Source: Cyanophora paradoxa CCMP329
Taxonomy: Eukaryota; Plantae; Glaucophyta
Direction: 5' to 3'
DNA length: 36,969 bases
Assembly (NCBI GenBank): GCA_004431415.1
Contig: QPMI01000421.1
Coordinates: 1 to 36,969 of the forward strand
The number at the start of each line of letters is the position of its first letter. Position 1 is the first letter of the stretch. Below the pieces are notes generated by a model. It saw only the letters and a program-made list of their open reading frames with translations. It did not search any database and had not been told where the DNA came from. Positions 11,865 through 24,200 of this stretch are shown piece by piece. The translations under genes and the position numbers were made by a program.

Positions 11865-13287
11865 ATGCATACGGCGTGCACGCACTTCAAGGGCTTCGCG
11901 ACCCTAGCGCTGGCCATGGGCGCCGTGCTGCTCGCGACATCGATTGAGCTCGTCGCCAGCCAATCGACGTCGCATCCGTGTAGCGAGTACTGGCCAGACG
12001 CATCGTCATCAGGCTTATACGTCAGTCCATGCGCGCGCCGCGCCATGCCGGCCCATGCGCGGAACGAAGGCGAGACCCTTTTCACATTCCGCAGTTGGAG
12101 TACACGGACAGGAACAACACGCGGTCGTACTTTCTCGCGTCGGACCGGAACATGACAGTGGAGATATGGGCGAAGTTCCCGTACTTGAACAACACGGTGC
12201 CCTTCAACACGAACGTCCTGGTCTTCGCGACGCTAATCCCAGCGGTCGGGGCCCCCCTGGACATCAAAGGTGCGCCGTCCACTGTCGGACCCCTCCCATC
12301 GCTCGCTGATCATGACCGACCGCCGGGCGCTAGTCTCCAGGGGAACGAACGGAGAGCTGAACGTCAGCGTGGACGTCCGCACGCGCGCCAAGAAAGAGTA
12401 CTTCGACAACGTGCCGACGCCGATGAGAGCGGCCTCGGCGGCCCTCTAGATCTACTGGACGCACTACGCCGCCGTCTTCTCGTCGGGCCCGGCGAACCTC
12501 ACCACCGCGCGAATCTCCATCTTCGTGAACGGCACGCTCGCCGCCGAGCGGGACACGGCGGACGGCCCGCTGCAGCCGGACGACGTTCCGCGTGAGTTCA
12601 CCTGGCACCTGTGGCACGGCCCGAGCTACGCCCGATCGGGCCACCGCGGCGTGCGCGATCTCGAGTTCCGCCCAGCCAGCGCGCGCCGCCCCGGCCCTCA
12701 CCTGCCACTTTTCCTCAGCTTCGCGTCTGGGGCCGAGCGCTGAGCGGGGCCGAGATCAACTCTCTCCGCTACCGTCGCATCTGGGGCGGAGCGGACAGCT
12801 GCGCAGCTGGGTTCCCGGACCTCAAGATCAACAGTACGTAGCCGGAATACGCAGATGCCGATGCCGGTCCTCTGCAGCAGTCGCTGATCACGAGGTCTCC
12901 GATCGTGCAGTTCCGCTGGACTACGGGACCCCGGGGACTGCGTTCAACGCCTCGAGGGACCCCTTTAACGACGTCGACTGCGCCCCAGTGGCCACCGTGG
13001 TTACCCCGGGGACGCAGCTGTCGACTGGCGTCTGGATGCAGTCCGACTCGGCGTTCTGCGGCGCCCTCGCCAGCGGCTTTCCTCCTGCAGGCACCACCGC
13101 TTGCCACTGCGGCTGGTGCCTCACCAACAACGGCAGCGCAGCCGGTTCCGCCGCAGCCGGTTCCCAGCCGGCCACCGTTTTCTCCCCCTGGCTCACCGGT
13201 TCCAGCGCGGCGGCCGCAACCGGCCCGTCTTTAAGCACCTTCGCTGCTGCTATCTTCGTTACTCTGCTCGCGCTTCGCAGCGCGTGA
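11865..13287 (+). CDS. Secreted or surface LamG/concanavalin-A-like jelly-roll protein with hydrophobic C-terminus (possible GPI signal)
   Basis: N-terminal hydrophobic signal (FATLALAMGAVLLA). Spliced exons carry LamG-like motifs TVEIWAK, WTHYAAVF...ISIFVNGTL and LRVWGRALSGAEI. Cys-rich segment and C-terminal FAAAIFVTLLAL; several NxT/S sequons. A 39-bp GT-AG intron (12411-12449) removes an in-frame TAG. Confidence 0.65.
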
Positions 13288-13698
13288 GGCCCCGAAAAGA
13301 TTATAATTATTCATGTAATTCTAAATTGAACGTTTAATGTCAATTGATAATGAGATTGATGTTCTTGACCGTTGGTATCGACGATATCGGCCCAATTGCA
13401 AATTTATACCTCCGCAGTCCCGCGCGGTCCCAGCGACCCATCACCATATATGCAGAGCCAGTGCACGTGGTGAATAATCTTACAGTGAGAGAAAATGGGG
13501 GATGGAGAAGGCGGAGGGGATGGCGGGCGGGGGTGCTGGTCTGGGCAGATGGGGGTACATGGCTCGGAGGCCGAGAACACCAGGGCCCCCTGGGGTACGC
13601 GAAGAGGAGGGCGCGCGGCGGCGAGATACGAGGGCCGGGGGATGGCGAAGAATAGGGGGGAGGGAAGGGCGGGGGCGAGGCCGGAGGGGGTACGGCGG

Positions 13699-14590
13699 CT
13701 AGAAGTCCTTGCGCCAGAGGTGGATCTCCTGCTGCTTGAAGTAGCGCCGCTCCTCCTCGTCCACCAGCACAAGGTTCAGGAAGTACCGAACCTTCGGAGA
13801 GTTCAGGCCGGTCCGGAGCTGTACCCCGGGGGGGGGGTACGGGCGCGGCGCACCGAGAACTTGTTGTTGACGTTCTTGTATGTGGGGGTTAGGTCGGGGA
13901 ACGCGGAGAGGAAGATCCGCACGGGGATCGACTCCCCTGCGTTCCAATTTCGATCCAAGGGGGAGGCGGGGCGGCGCGGGGGTACGCCGCGCGCACCGCG
14001 GACGGGGGCGCCGTCCATGATTTCGAACTTGGCGATCGTGTCCGACTCGTTGTACAAGTTCGTCCCTTCGCGCGCCTCGGAGCGTCAAGGAACCATGAGG
14101 GGGGGGCGGAGGAGGTCGGAGGGGGTACCGGAGCCTGTGGACTCTCGCTTCTTGATCTCGACCTCCATGTGCTGAGGGGGAGCGTTCGTCAGCGGCGGGG
14201 GTTTAAGGAACGCGGGCCGGCCCGTGGTCGGGCCGGTCGGGGCTACGCTGCTCGCAGAAAGGAGCCACGCTGCTCGGGGGGGGAAGCCGGGTGCTCGCCT
14301 TGATCTTTATGCGCACGAGCATGAAGAAGATCTTCCCAATGACGACGTCCTTCAAGTGGTACCTGCCGGGCGGGCGTTGCGGCGCGGCGCGCCCCCCGAG
14401 TGAGCGGGGAGGGAAGGGGTCACATCGCGAGGCGGGGCGGGAGGCGGCCGCACTTGGACTTGTTATACTCGAACTCGATGTGGAGGCAGTCCTCGATGCC
14501 GACCTCCATCTTGAGCGGGCTGTTCAGGTCCGGCTCGTTCTGCGCGGCGCCCGCGGCGTCAAGAGGGAGGGCGGCGGCACGGACGCAGGC

Positions 14591-14621
<31 letters not shown>

Positions 14622-15534
14622 GGGGCGCACGGTCAGGTTCTGCACGAGGAGGTCCTGCTCCTTGACGATGTTCGGCGCGTACTGCCTCGCGATGGTGACG
14701 CGCACGAAGTACCTGCCGCGCGGCCCCGGCCGCTCGCTCGGGCGGGCGAAAGGGCGGGCGGTGCGCGACCCGTGCGGCGCCCGGCGCACCGGAGCCGCAC
14801 GTTGATCCCGTTGTAGGTCTCGTACGTCTTCTCGACGGTGCTGAACTCGAATGGGTAGCTCTTGGACGTCAGCAGCGAGCCCGCGCCCTCCACCTGCAGG
14901 GCCGCGGTCAGCCGGCGCGGCGCGGGTGCGCGGCGCGGGGTCGGCTCGGGCGGGCCTCCTTGACGAGGGACGTGAACTCAAAGTGGTTCCCGCGGTCGAA
15001 GAACATCTCTGCGGGCGGCGCGGTCAGCGGGACGCGGCAGGCCGGCCGAGGCTGGTTCCAGGGTCGCGGCGGCCGCGTACGGGGCCAGGCGCGCCACGGG
15101 GCGGGGCGACGGCCCGATGCCCCGCGCTTGCGCCTTCGGAATGGGACGGCGCGAAGGCGGCACGCACCGATCTGTCCGACCAGCTCGACTTTGATGCCCA
15201 GGTGGTCCAGCTTCTTGCCGGGCTGCAGCTTGATGATGACATCGCCCGTAACCGGGTCATTCGCCGAGAAGAGGGCGAGCTTTTCTTCTACGCCCTCCGC
15301 GCGCTGGACTGTAAGGGTCTTTCGCCGGTCCTTCTCCGAGAAGCGGACATCGATGGTGCAAGGCTGGGACACGATGGAGCCCAGAAAGCTCTGCGCGCAT
15401 TCGACGCACGCGCGTCAGCGTGGCGACCCCGTCAGGCGCCGGAAACCACTTTGCGGGACGCGGCGCTCCAGGGCCCCTCGGACGGCAACCGTGACATGCT
15501 GTATTATGTATACGCGGCTTCGACGCACCAGCAT
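13699..15534 (-). CDS. VPS26: Vacuolar protein sorting-associated protein 26 (retromer subunit), multi-exon
   Basis: Conserved blocks [91 protein letters not shown] and [29 protein letters not shown]. Probable micro first exon ATG CTG at 15534; TAG at 13699. Confidence 0.97.
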
Positions 15535-16059
15535 GGCGCCTGCCTTCGTGGAGGCCGACTTGTGCTCGGGGCCGGGGTACACCGCCAGCTGCAGGACGCG
15601 GCCCGTGGTCGCGTCGCGTGGGATGTCGGTCCCGCTCTTTGCATGTGCGCATACCCGCCTCTAGAGTCGCCCCGAACGCGCCCAGAACGCTCGGAACCCG
15701 CCGGAGAGCCGGCAGCTAGAGCACAAGCTCGAGCACCGCTCGATGGCTCCGGGGCGGCGCGGCCGTGCTCGGGGGACGCGCCACGATTGCCTACGCTGAC
15801 AGCGCTCTCTCGCGGCGCGCTGCACCGCACGCAGATCGATACCTCGGCGTCGATGTGCCCGTACGCGGCGTGGCGGCCTCGTCTGCGGGGGCGGCAGCGG
15901 ATGCGGCGGGAGGGAAGGAGCAGCAGCAGCGCTCGTCCCCTTCGCAGGGCGCCCAGGCCGACGCGAGGCGGTCGGCGCCGGTGCGGCGCAGTGGGCGGGC
16001 GGGATCCCCGCGGAGGGAGCCCGCCCGACGCCTGGCCCGCGCAGGCCGCCCGATCGACG

Positions 16060-18190
16060 ATGCAGCGATCGCTCCTGGGCATGGGTCGCGTGCAGACGAC
16101 CTACAGGTGCCGCGCGGGGCCCGGGGCGCAGGCGCCCGGCCGCTCTTTGAACGCGAAGGGGCGCGCGGCAGCCTGAGCGTGCACACGCCGGAGTTCAGCA
16201 CGGAGGAGCTCGTGATCAACCAGGAGCACTTCCCGGACGCGAGGGTAGGCTCCGCGGCGCCTCCCAGCGGCCGCCGTGCGGGCTCGGGGCCGAGTCTGAG
16301 TTCTGCGGCGGCGGGCGGGGCGCAGGTGGGGGACACGTTCGAGATCTTCCACCCCGACCGGCCCCAGAAGCGCGTCGTGCTCCAGGTCCTCTCGCTCGCC
16401 CCGCGTCGCGGTGCGGCCGCGCGCCCCGCCCCGCCCGCCCTCGAGCTCCGATCAAATTCGGTTCGATTCGAATTTGAAATTTGATTTCGGCGCAGGCAAC
16501 TTCCAGGTCTCGGTCCTGCAGTCCGTCGCCGACCTCTTCGAGCTCCAGGCCCGCCGCGTCGTCGAGGTGCGTACTCCCCACCAACCGTTCCTCGGCGGTC
16601 GCCCGCCGCCGCCGCCGCCGCCTTGCCGACGGGTCCGTCCGTCCGCGCCGCGCCGGGCGGCAGGTGCGGAGCATCGCGGCCGACAACGCCGAGATCAATT
16701 TCCTCGAGCTCTCCTTCAAGGACCAGTGTGCGTCCGGCCGCTCGGGCTGAGCTCTAGTGGGGCCCGGCCGGCCGCCGGGCCCTCCCCTCCCCTCCGCTCC
16801 GCTCGCGCCTGAGGCCGGGGCCGGGGCCCTTCGTTCGCTGCAGACATCTCGCAGTCGGAGATCTACCGCTTCAAGCTGCACCTGGCGCTCAGCTGCACGT
16901 ACACCACGCGCTGGGTCCAGCTCGAGGGCATGCGCGTGCGCCCGCCCGCCCGCCCTCTCCGCCCCGCGCCCGCCCGCGCGCCGGCTCCCGCCTCCGACGC
17001 CCGGGGATGCAGGCCCAGGTGAAGGAGATCCGCATGCGCTCCAACGTGAACGCCCACCAGGAGCAGCAGCAGAAGGAGAAGGCGCGCCGACCCCGCCCCC
17101 GCCCCCGCCCCGTCCCCGCCCCGTCCCCGCCGATCCGATCCGGCCGGCCCGAGCGCGCCCCGCAGGACCCCCCCGGCCCGCCGGGGCAAGCGGGGGCGGC
17201 CTCGGCCTCGAACTCGGACTCGACGGAGCCGCGGCAGGGCGGGCGGGGCGGAGCCTGCCCACGCCTGCGGCGTGAGCTCTCCCCCCCCCCCCCCCCCCCG
17301 CCCGCCCCCCCTCCCCGCCCCGCCCCGCCCCGCTCAGCCCCGCTCAGCTCCGCTTCGCCCGGCCTCCGACGAGGGCGGGCCGGGGCGCAGGTGATCACGC
17401 AGAAGACGGTGATCACGTTCCGCTCGCGCTCCGCCAAGTTCATCATCCTCGTCCAGGCCCGCCCCTCTACCCCCTGCTTGCCCCCCCCCGCTCTCCCCCC
17501 TCCTCCTCCTCTCTCTCTCTCTGACTGGGGCCCGCACCCGCCTCTCTCTCTGACTGGGGCGTGCGGCAGCTGAGCTCGGAGATGTGGTCCTTCGCCCACG
17601 ACGGCATGCTCTACTTCGAGAAGGCGGTCCGTGCTCGTACCCCCCGCGCCCCGCGCCCCGCCCCCGCCTCCCCGTGGCCGTACCCCCCCCCCCGACCCGC
17701 CCCCGCCCCCGCCGCGCAGGTCTCGGGCTTCATGCGGACGATGATGGAGCGGTGGACGGCGCTGGGCGTCGAGCACGCCACGACCCTCGTCTTCTTCGCG
17801 CGCTGCTTCTACCCAGACGAGTGCGCCGTAGCCCCCCCTCCTCCCCCCCCCTCCCCCCCACCCCCCGCCCCTCACCCCTCCGACCCAGGGCGGCGGGCGC
17901 CGGGGCGGGCGAGGGCTTCGGGGCGGCGCGGCGGGACGGGGCGGGCCGCCTCTACCGCGACTTCTACCGCGTCGTCCTCGACAACGAGGCGCGTATACAC
18001 ATAAATAAAGAGTTTACCAATGAGTCTATATAGAGAGTTGACCAATATTTAATGAGTTTATAAAAAGAGTTATATAAAGCGCGTGTACACATAAAGAGTC
18101 TGCCAAGAGTTTATAGAGTTTGTAGAGAACACCGAGTGCAAGTCTCTAACTCGACAACGAGGCCCGCCGCCTTCTTTGCCTCGCCCGCTT

Positions 18191-18221
<31 letters not shown>

Positions 18222-21200
18222 TCTCCTCCCTCCCCCTCTTCGCTCCGGATTCTCCCCCCTCCCAGATCACGTCGACCCCCTCGAGCCAGCCAGCTCACGC
18301 CGGGGGCGGGCGCCCCTGCCTTGCGGGGGGTGCAGGTGCGGGAGGACTGGACGGGGCTCGTGGTGCTGGCGAAGCGCGCCTTCGAGGAGTTTCCCCGCAT
18401 CGTCCGCGCCGAGCCCCAGCGTCCGCCCCCCCGCCCGCCCCCCCCCTCCTCCGCTTCTCCCTCCTCCGCCTCCTCTAGCTTCTCTTAGCATCCTTTGCGC
18501 GCGTGCGCAGCGGGGCGTGCGGGGGAGGCGGGGGAGGCGGGGGACGGGGAGGGGGCGCTGGGCGGGGTGCTCTCGACGTCGGCGGAGGGCAACTTTTTGG
18601 AGGCCGTCAACCTCGCCCTCAACGTCTACGACAAGGTAGGGTCCCCCGGGGCTCGGGCTCGCGCCTAACTAGCCTTTTGTATATCTGGCCCGGGCGGCGA
18701 GCCCGATCGGAATGAAGCCCTGGGCTAGTTTGGGGCTGGGCTGGGCTGATTATGAACTAGATCTGGACTGGGCTAATTATTAACTAGATCTGGGCTGGGC
18801 TAATTATATACTAGATCTAGATTATAAACTAGAGGCTGGGCTGTTTGGATGATGTTTAGAGCCCGTCCCCTTGCCCTGGCCCGACGCGCCCCCGCCCTGA
18901 CCGCGCTTCGGGGCAGCACCACATCGACCGCGACCTGTCGCACACGGGCCAGTCCATCGTCTGCGTCACCGCCGGCACCGGCGTCTTCGAGGCCCGCCCG
19001 CCCCCGCCTCGCCTTGGCTCGAGCTTGACGGGCGTCATTACACGAGCCCGACCGACCGGCGCCGCCCTTCGCCTCGCCTTGGCTCAAGGGCGCCTTCGCC
19101 GCAGGTTGAGTACGGGTGGCAGCAGATGACGAAGCAGCGCATGGTCGACAACGGCATCGTCATCGACCTCGTCTCCGTGTACCCCTCCCCCTTCCCGCCC
19201 CGCCCCGCGCTCCTCCTCGATCGCTTCTCGGGTGTGACGCGAGTCGCAGGGCGCGACCGCCGGCGCACACGGTGCCCCTCTTCATCAACCGCGACGTGCG
19301 GACGGCCTCGCGAGCCCTCGGCACCTTCTCCAGCCTTGCTCACGGGTTCGCCGCGGTCTTCGACCCGCAGAGCCTGCGGCGGGGGTACCAGATGCTCCAC
19401 TGCGAGTCGGAGCCGTTCCTGCGGAAGGGCGGGCACGGCTCGGGCTCGGGCCACGGGCACGGCGGCGAGGGCGCCACCGACCACATCGTGGGCCCCTCCC
19501 CCTTCCCCGCTCCTCCCCGCGCCGCCCCTCACTCGCCCCGCCCCCCCGCCCCAGTTCATCGTCCCGCACTGGATCGGTGCTCCCATCCCTAACAGCGTTC
19601 TCTAGGCGCGCTCTGACGCGCCCGTCCGCCCTCCTCTTCTCACCCGCAGACATCTTCTTCTTCGAGTCGGGGGGTACGCGGGAGGCGCGGAGCCTCGCGG
19701 AGCGCCTCAAGCCGGAGCCGGCGTTCGTCCCCTCCTTCCGCATGGACGGCTCGCCCCTCTTTCCGCTCTGTTCGGATCCGCCTTCAGATCTGTTCTGAAA
19801 GCCCGCTTGCTCCGCCCTCTGCTGCGCAGGCTTCAGCGGAGGGGACGACGGCCGCGGGCTGATGGAGGAGCTGCAGACCGCGCCCCTCGCCGGCCCGCCG
19901 CCCCTCTCCTTCCCCGCGCCGGCCGCCTCCCCCCCCGCGGCCGGCTCCGGCCTCGCCGGCGCTGCCGCCGCCGCGCTGCTGGGGCCGCCGGGCTCGAGGG
20001 AGGACCTGCGAGGCTCCTCCCCGCGGGCCCGAAGAAAGTGGCGGAGGCGGCACCGGCCGCGCCGGCGCCGGCGCCGGCGCCGGCGGGCGCGGGCTCGTCG
20101 CCGGGCGCGGGCTCGGCTTCGGCTTCGGGGTACGGGGCGGGGCCCGTGGCGCAGGCCCACGCCCAGCACGACCACGACCTCTTCCTCCCGGTCCGATCAT
20201 ACACGATCTGAGATCTGAGCTGAGCGGATCTGATCTGATCCGATCTCACCTGAGCGCGCAGCTGCGGCGGGCGGTGGACAGCGAGCAGATGGCGGCATCG
20301 CTCATCTCGCGGCGCGCCCAGGCCCCCGTGCGCCCAGGCCCCCGCCCCCGCCCCCGCCCTCGCCCGCCCGCCCGCCTGCCCGCAAGGCTTCCAGGCATCC
20401 TAGGCCTTAGCTCCTCTTGCAGCTTCTTCAGCTAACCGTTTATTCTCATCTGTTGTTAAGGACGCGGTGGACCGGTACATCGAGCGGCACGCGGGGCGCC
20501 AGGATGCGCGCTCCGGCAAGTGCGTACGCGCGCGCTGGCGGCCCGCGCGCCGCCCTGCGCCTCTAGCTCCACCGGCCGGCGCGCCCTAGGCCGTCCTGTG
20601 CTAGGCCTCGGTCCCGCGCCCCGCCCGGCCCCGCCCCGCCCCGCGTCGCGCCCGTCCTGAGCCCTCGACTCTCCCGCAGGGGATCTTCCGGCTCGCTGAG
20701 CGGCGCCGGCGCCCCGCGGGGCCCGCGCCCCCGCGGCCACGTTCACTTCCAGCTCGGTACCCCCGCCCCCTAAGCTTCTTCGAGCCTTCGTTCGCGCCCG
20801 AGCGCCCCCCGCAGAGCCTGGGGAGGGCGGCGGCGGCGGCAGCCAGCGGCGCAGCTCGGAGGCGGCGGGGACGCCGCAGGGCGGCTCGCCCTTCATCTCG
20901 CCGACGGCGGCGCTGCTCCACTCGGGCCCCGGGCTCCACGTCTGCCCGGTGCCTGCCGCCCCCCGCTCTGCGCCCCGCCCTTCGCCGCCGCTGTTTCTGA
21001 CGGCTCCTTCTTCGCTCGCAGGGCGACTCGTCGCAGATCTTCAGCAGCGGCGGCTTCTCCCGCGCCGACAGCACCGGCCAGGCTCGCTTCTCCCCCGCTA
21101 CCCGCTCTCCTCTACCCGCGCCCGCGGCTGACGCTCCGCGCAGTACGGGCGGGGTGACAGGGACCGGGACGGGGGCGGCTCCTCGCGGCGCATGAGCGAG

Positions 21201-24200
21201 GAGAGCGAGGCGCGCTCCCCCACTCCCCGCCTCCTCTTTACAGCGCCTAACTTCGGTGTGCCTGGGACCCCTTGCGTGCAGTGGGGCCTGGACTACAGCG
21301 GGCGCATCACGAAGAGCGCGAGCATCGAGGGCATCTGGAACCTCACCCGGTGCGCCATCCATGCGATTCTAAGGGGATTTTAAGCTCGAGCTTGAACTCC
21401 CTCTCCTTTAGAAAGCCTTCGAAGCTTGATTATATTGGGCGGCGTTGGCGGGGGCGGGGCGGGCCCCCGCGAGCTCCTCGGCGGGCCCTGTAGGGACCCT
21501 TGCGTTCGCGTTTACTACGGGGCTTGTTCGCGCGAAGAGCGCTAGCGCGCCTGTCTGTGTGCCTGCAAGCGGGCGCTGAGGCTCCGCGCGCAGGGACGAC
21601 GGGCTGGAGTTCGACGAGGGGAACGCGCTGCCGGGCATGACCGCCGCCGCCTGGGCATCCGCCTTCCAGGCACGCTGCCCCGCCCCACGGGCCCGCGAGA
21701 GCCCCATAGAGCAAGAACTAGAGAACTAGCGCTGGGCCTCGCCGCCCCTCTCCCCGCCCCTCTAGCCCACGAGAGAGTGCCTGCCGCCCGTTTCTGCCCT
21801 CGCCGCCCCTCGCCCCGTCCCCGTCCCCGTCGCGCCCGCCTCGAACGCTGAGGCCTCGCCGCCTTCGGTAGTCGGAGGGCCACGCGCCGCTCTCGTCGTC
21901 CATGGAGAGGGCCCCCGGCTCCGGCTTCCTCCACGGGCCCGCCCCGCCCCGCCCCAGGAAGCCCCCCAAGGTGCCCGCCCCCTTCGAGCCGAGCCGAGCG
22001 GATCCGAGCGCGGCTGAGCGGTGCTTCGTTCGCAGAGCATCAACCCATTCCGCATCCCCGAGAACGCCAGCCTGGTCATGCAGGTCCGCCTGAACGCCGC
22101 TGGGCCGGCCCCGCCCGGGCAGCGCCCGCGAGGGGGCGGCGCCGAGCGGCGCTCCGTTCGCTCGCAGAACCGGAGCCGGCGGTGGAGCCACCTTTTCCCC
22201 CGCGGCCAGGCCAACGCCGGTGCGCGGCTAGCTCTAGCCGGCTGTACCCCCGCCCCGCCCTGCCCCGCCCCGCGCCGCCCCTCTCGAGCCCGCCGGGCCG
22301 GCCGGCCGCAGACGCGATCTCCCTGGAGCCGAACTGGGTATCCCTCTGCGAGCCGGCCCTGCTCCCCATCACCACCGACTACATGCCCACCCAGCAGGAC
22401 CTGTGCGTACCCCCCTCCCGTCTTCCCCCCACCCTTTTTCGACCTGGATTGGGGTAGGGAGAAGCGGTACCGCGAGTACACGAACACGCTCTCCCTCATC
22501 GACTCGTTCAACGCGTACAACAGCTCCCTGGAGGGTGCGGTACCCCCGGGCTCTCCCCCCTCCCCGCGAAACGAATCCTCACCGCCGGGGTTCGAACCCG
22601 CAGCCTTCTACAAGGAGCTGCTGATGCAGCGGCTGGCCCAGGGCATGCAGGCGAGCGGGCCGCCGCCCCCCCCCCCCCCCTTGCCTCCTTGACCGCCCGG
22701 GGGTACAGGTGATTGCGACGGAGAGCTCGTCGCTGAGCCTGCAAGCGGAGCGGCGGCTGCTGGGCGCCAAGGGCGGCCCCCTCGCCCGCGTCGGCAGGTC
22801 CGCCCGCCCCTCTGCCCTCTCTCTTTCCCCTTGGTTAAAGTACAGAGTTTGGAGTCCACGATAGCTAACGTATGTGACGATGAATCTCGCTTAAGTTATA
22901 AGAAGTTAAAGTTGCTCTCTCTCCCCTCCGCGCTCACTCTCGCTGCGCCGTGCAGCAGCCTCAACGTCGGGGCCGGCGGCGGGCAGTCGGCGGGCGGATC
23001 CGTCGCCGGCGGTACCCTCGGTGCGCCTCGCCACCTCCCCCCCCTCCCTCACACACACAGACCCCTCCCCCCCCCCCCCCCCCCCCAACACCCCCCACCC
23101 CCTTCTCCCTCACCTCCTTCCGCCCGCTGAACGCCGGGCAGGGCTGGGTCCGGGGCGCCGCAGCGCTGCGTGTACAACCTCGGGATGCGGCACCAGTACC
23201 ACATTCTCACCTTCGACCACGAGAACAAGAACATCCAGATCAAGGCGCGAGCGTACCCCCCTCGCCTCCTCCCCCTACATCCCGTCTTTGCTTTTCGAGC
23301 CCCCCCCCCCCCCTCCCCCCCTCCCCCCCCCCCCCCCCCCCCCCGCAGCGGTACCAGGCGCGGGAGGACTCGCGGGAGGCCCCCGGGCCCTGGGGCGTGT
23401 ACCCCTACATGCTCTGGGACTCCTGGGAGGGCGCCTTCCTCCCCTGCCGGCGCGCACCCCCTCCCCCGCCCCGTTTTCGCCGTACCCGGGCCTTGATTCC
23501 CGACCGCAGGCGCGTCATCGAGCAGGTCCAGGTCTGCCCGCCCCCTCCGCGGCGCCTGTACCCCCGCCCCGGCGCGGCCCGCCCCCGGCCGACAGCTCGC
23601 CCCCGCCACGCAGGACCACTACCGCTGGAAGCACCTCGACCAGCTCATGACCTGCGGCTGCTGCGCGTGCGCGGGAACCCTGCCTCCTTTCCTTCTGCTC
23701 CCCGCCCCTGTTCCCCGCGGCGAACCTTCCTTAAAATTACTTCTAATAGGAAAGTCAATAAGCTTGGGCGTTTACTTCTTATGGAGCTGCACGTACAGCT
23801 TATTTGGTTGAACAATTAAAAGACTTAGGTTTTCATTATGCAACAAAAGCTGGAATCTCATGCCCGCCCGACCGACCCCGCTGCAGAGTGCACGCGCAGC
23901 ACCTGCCGGCGATGAAGAGCCGCCGCCTCCGCTTCGCCGTCATGCCCGTGCGCCCGCTCGGGAGGAGGGACGTTGTACAAGCTAGGAGGGAGCCAGCTCG
24001 AGTCAACTAAGCTTTAATGCTTAACTAAAGTCTAACTGAAGAGAATCGCGCGCGCCACTCGCCTTTCTTTCTGGCTTTGGTGACGCCGCGGGGCAGGGCC
24101 CGCTGCTGGTGCCCGTCCCCGGATCCGAGCCCGCCTCCTTCTTCTTCGCTGTACCCCAGGCGGCCCCGGGCCCCGCCGGCGCCGGCTCCGGCTCCGGCTC

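Noticed and set aside
12447-12449. Stop-codon readthrough or alternative genetic code in the LamG-like gene
   Set aside because: The TAG is the acceptor of a 39-bp GT-AG intron (12411-12449).
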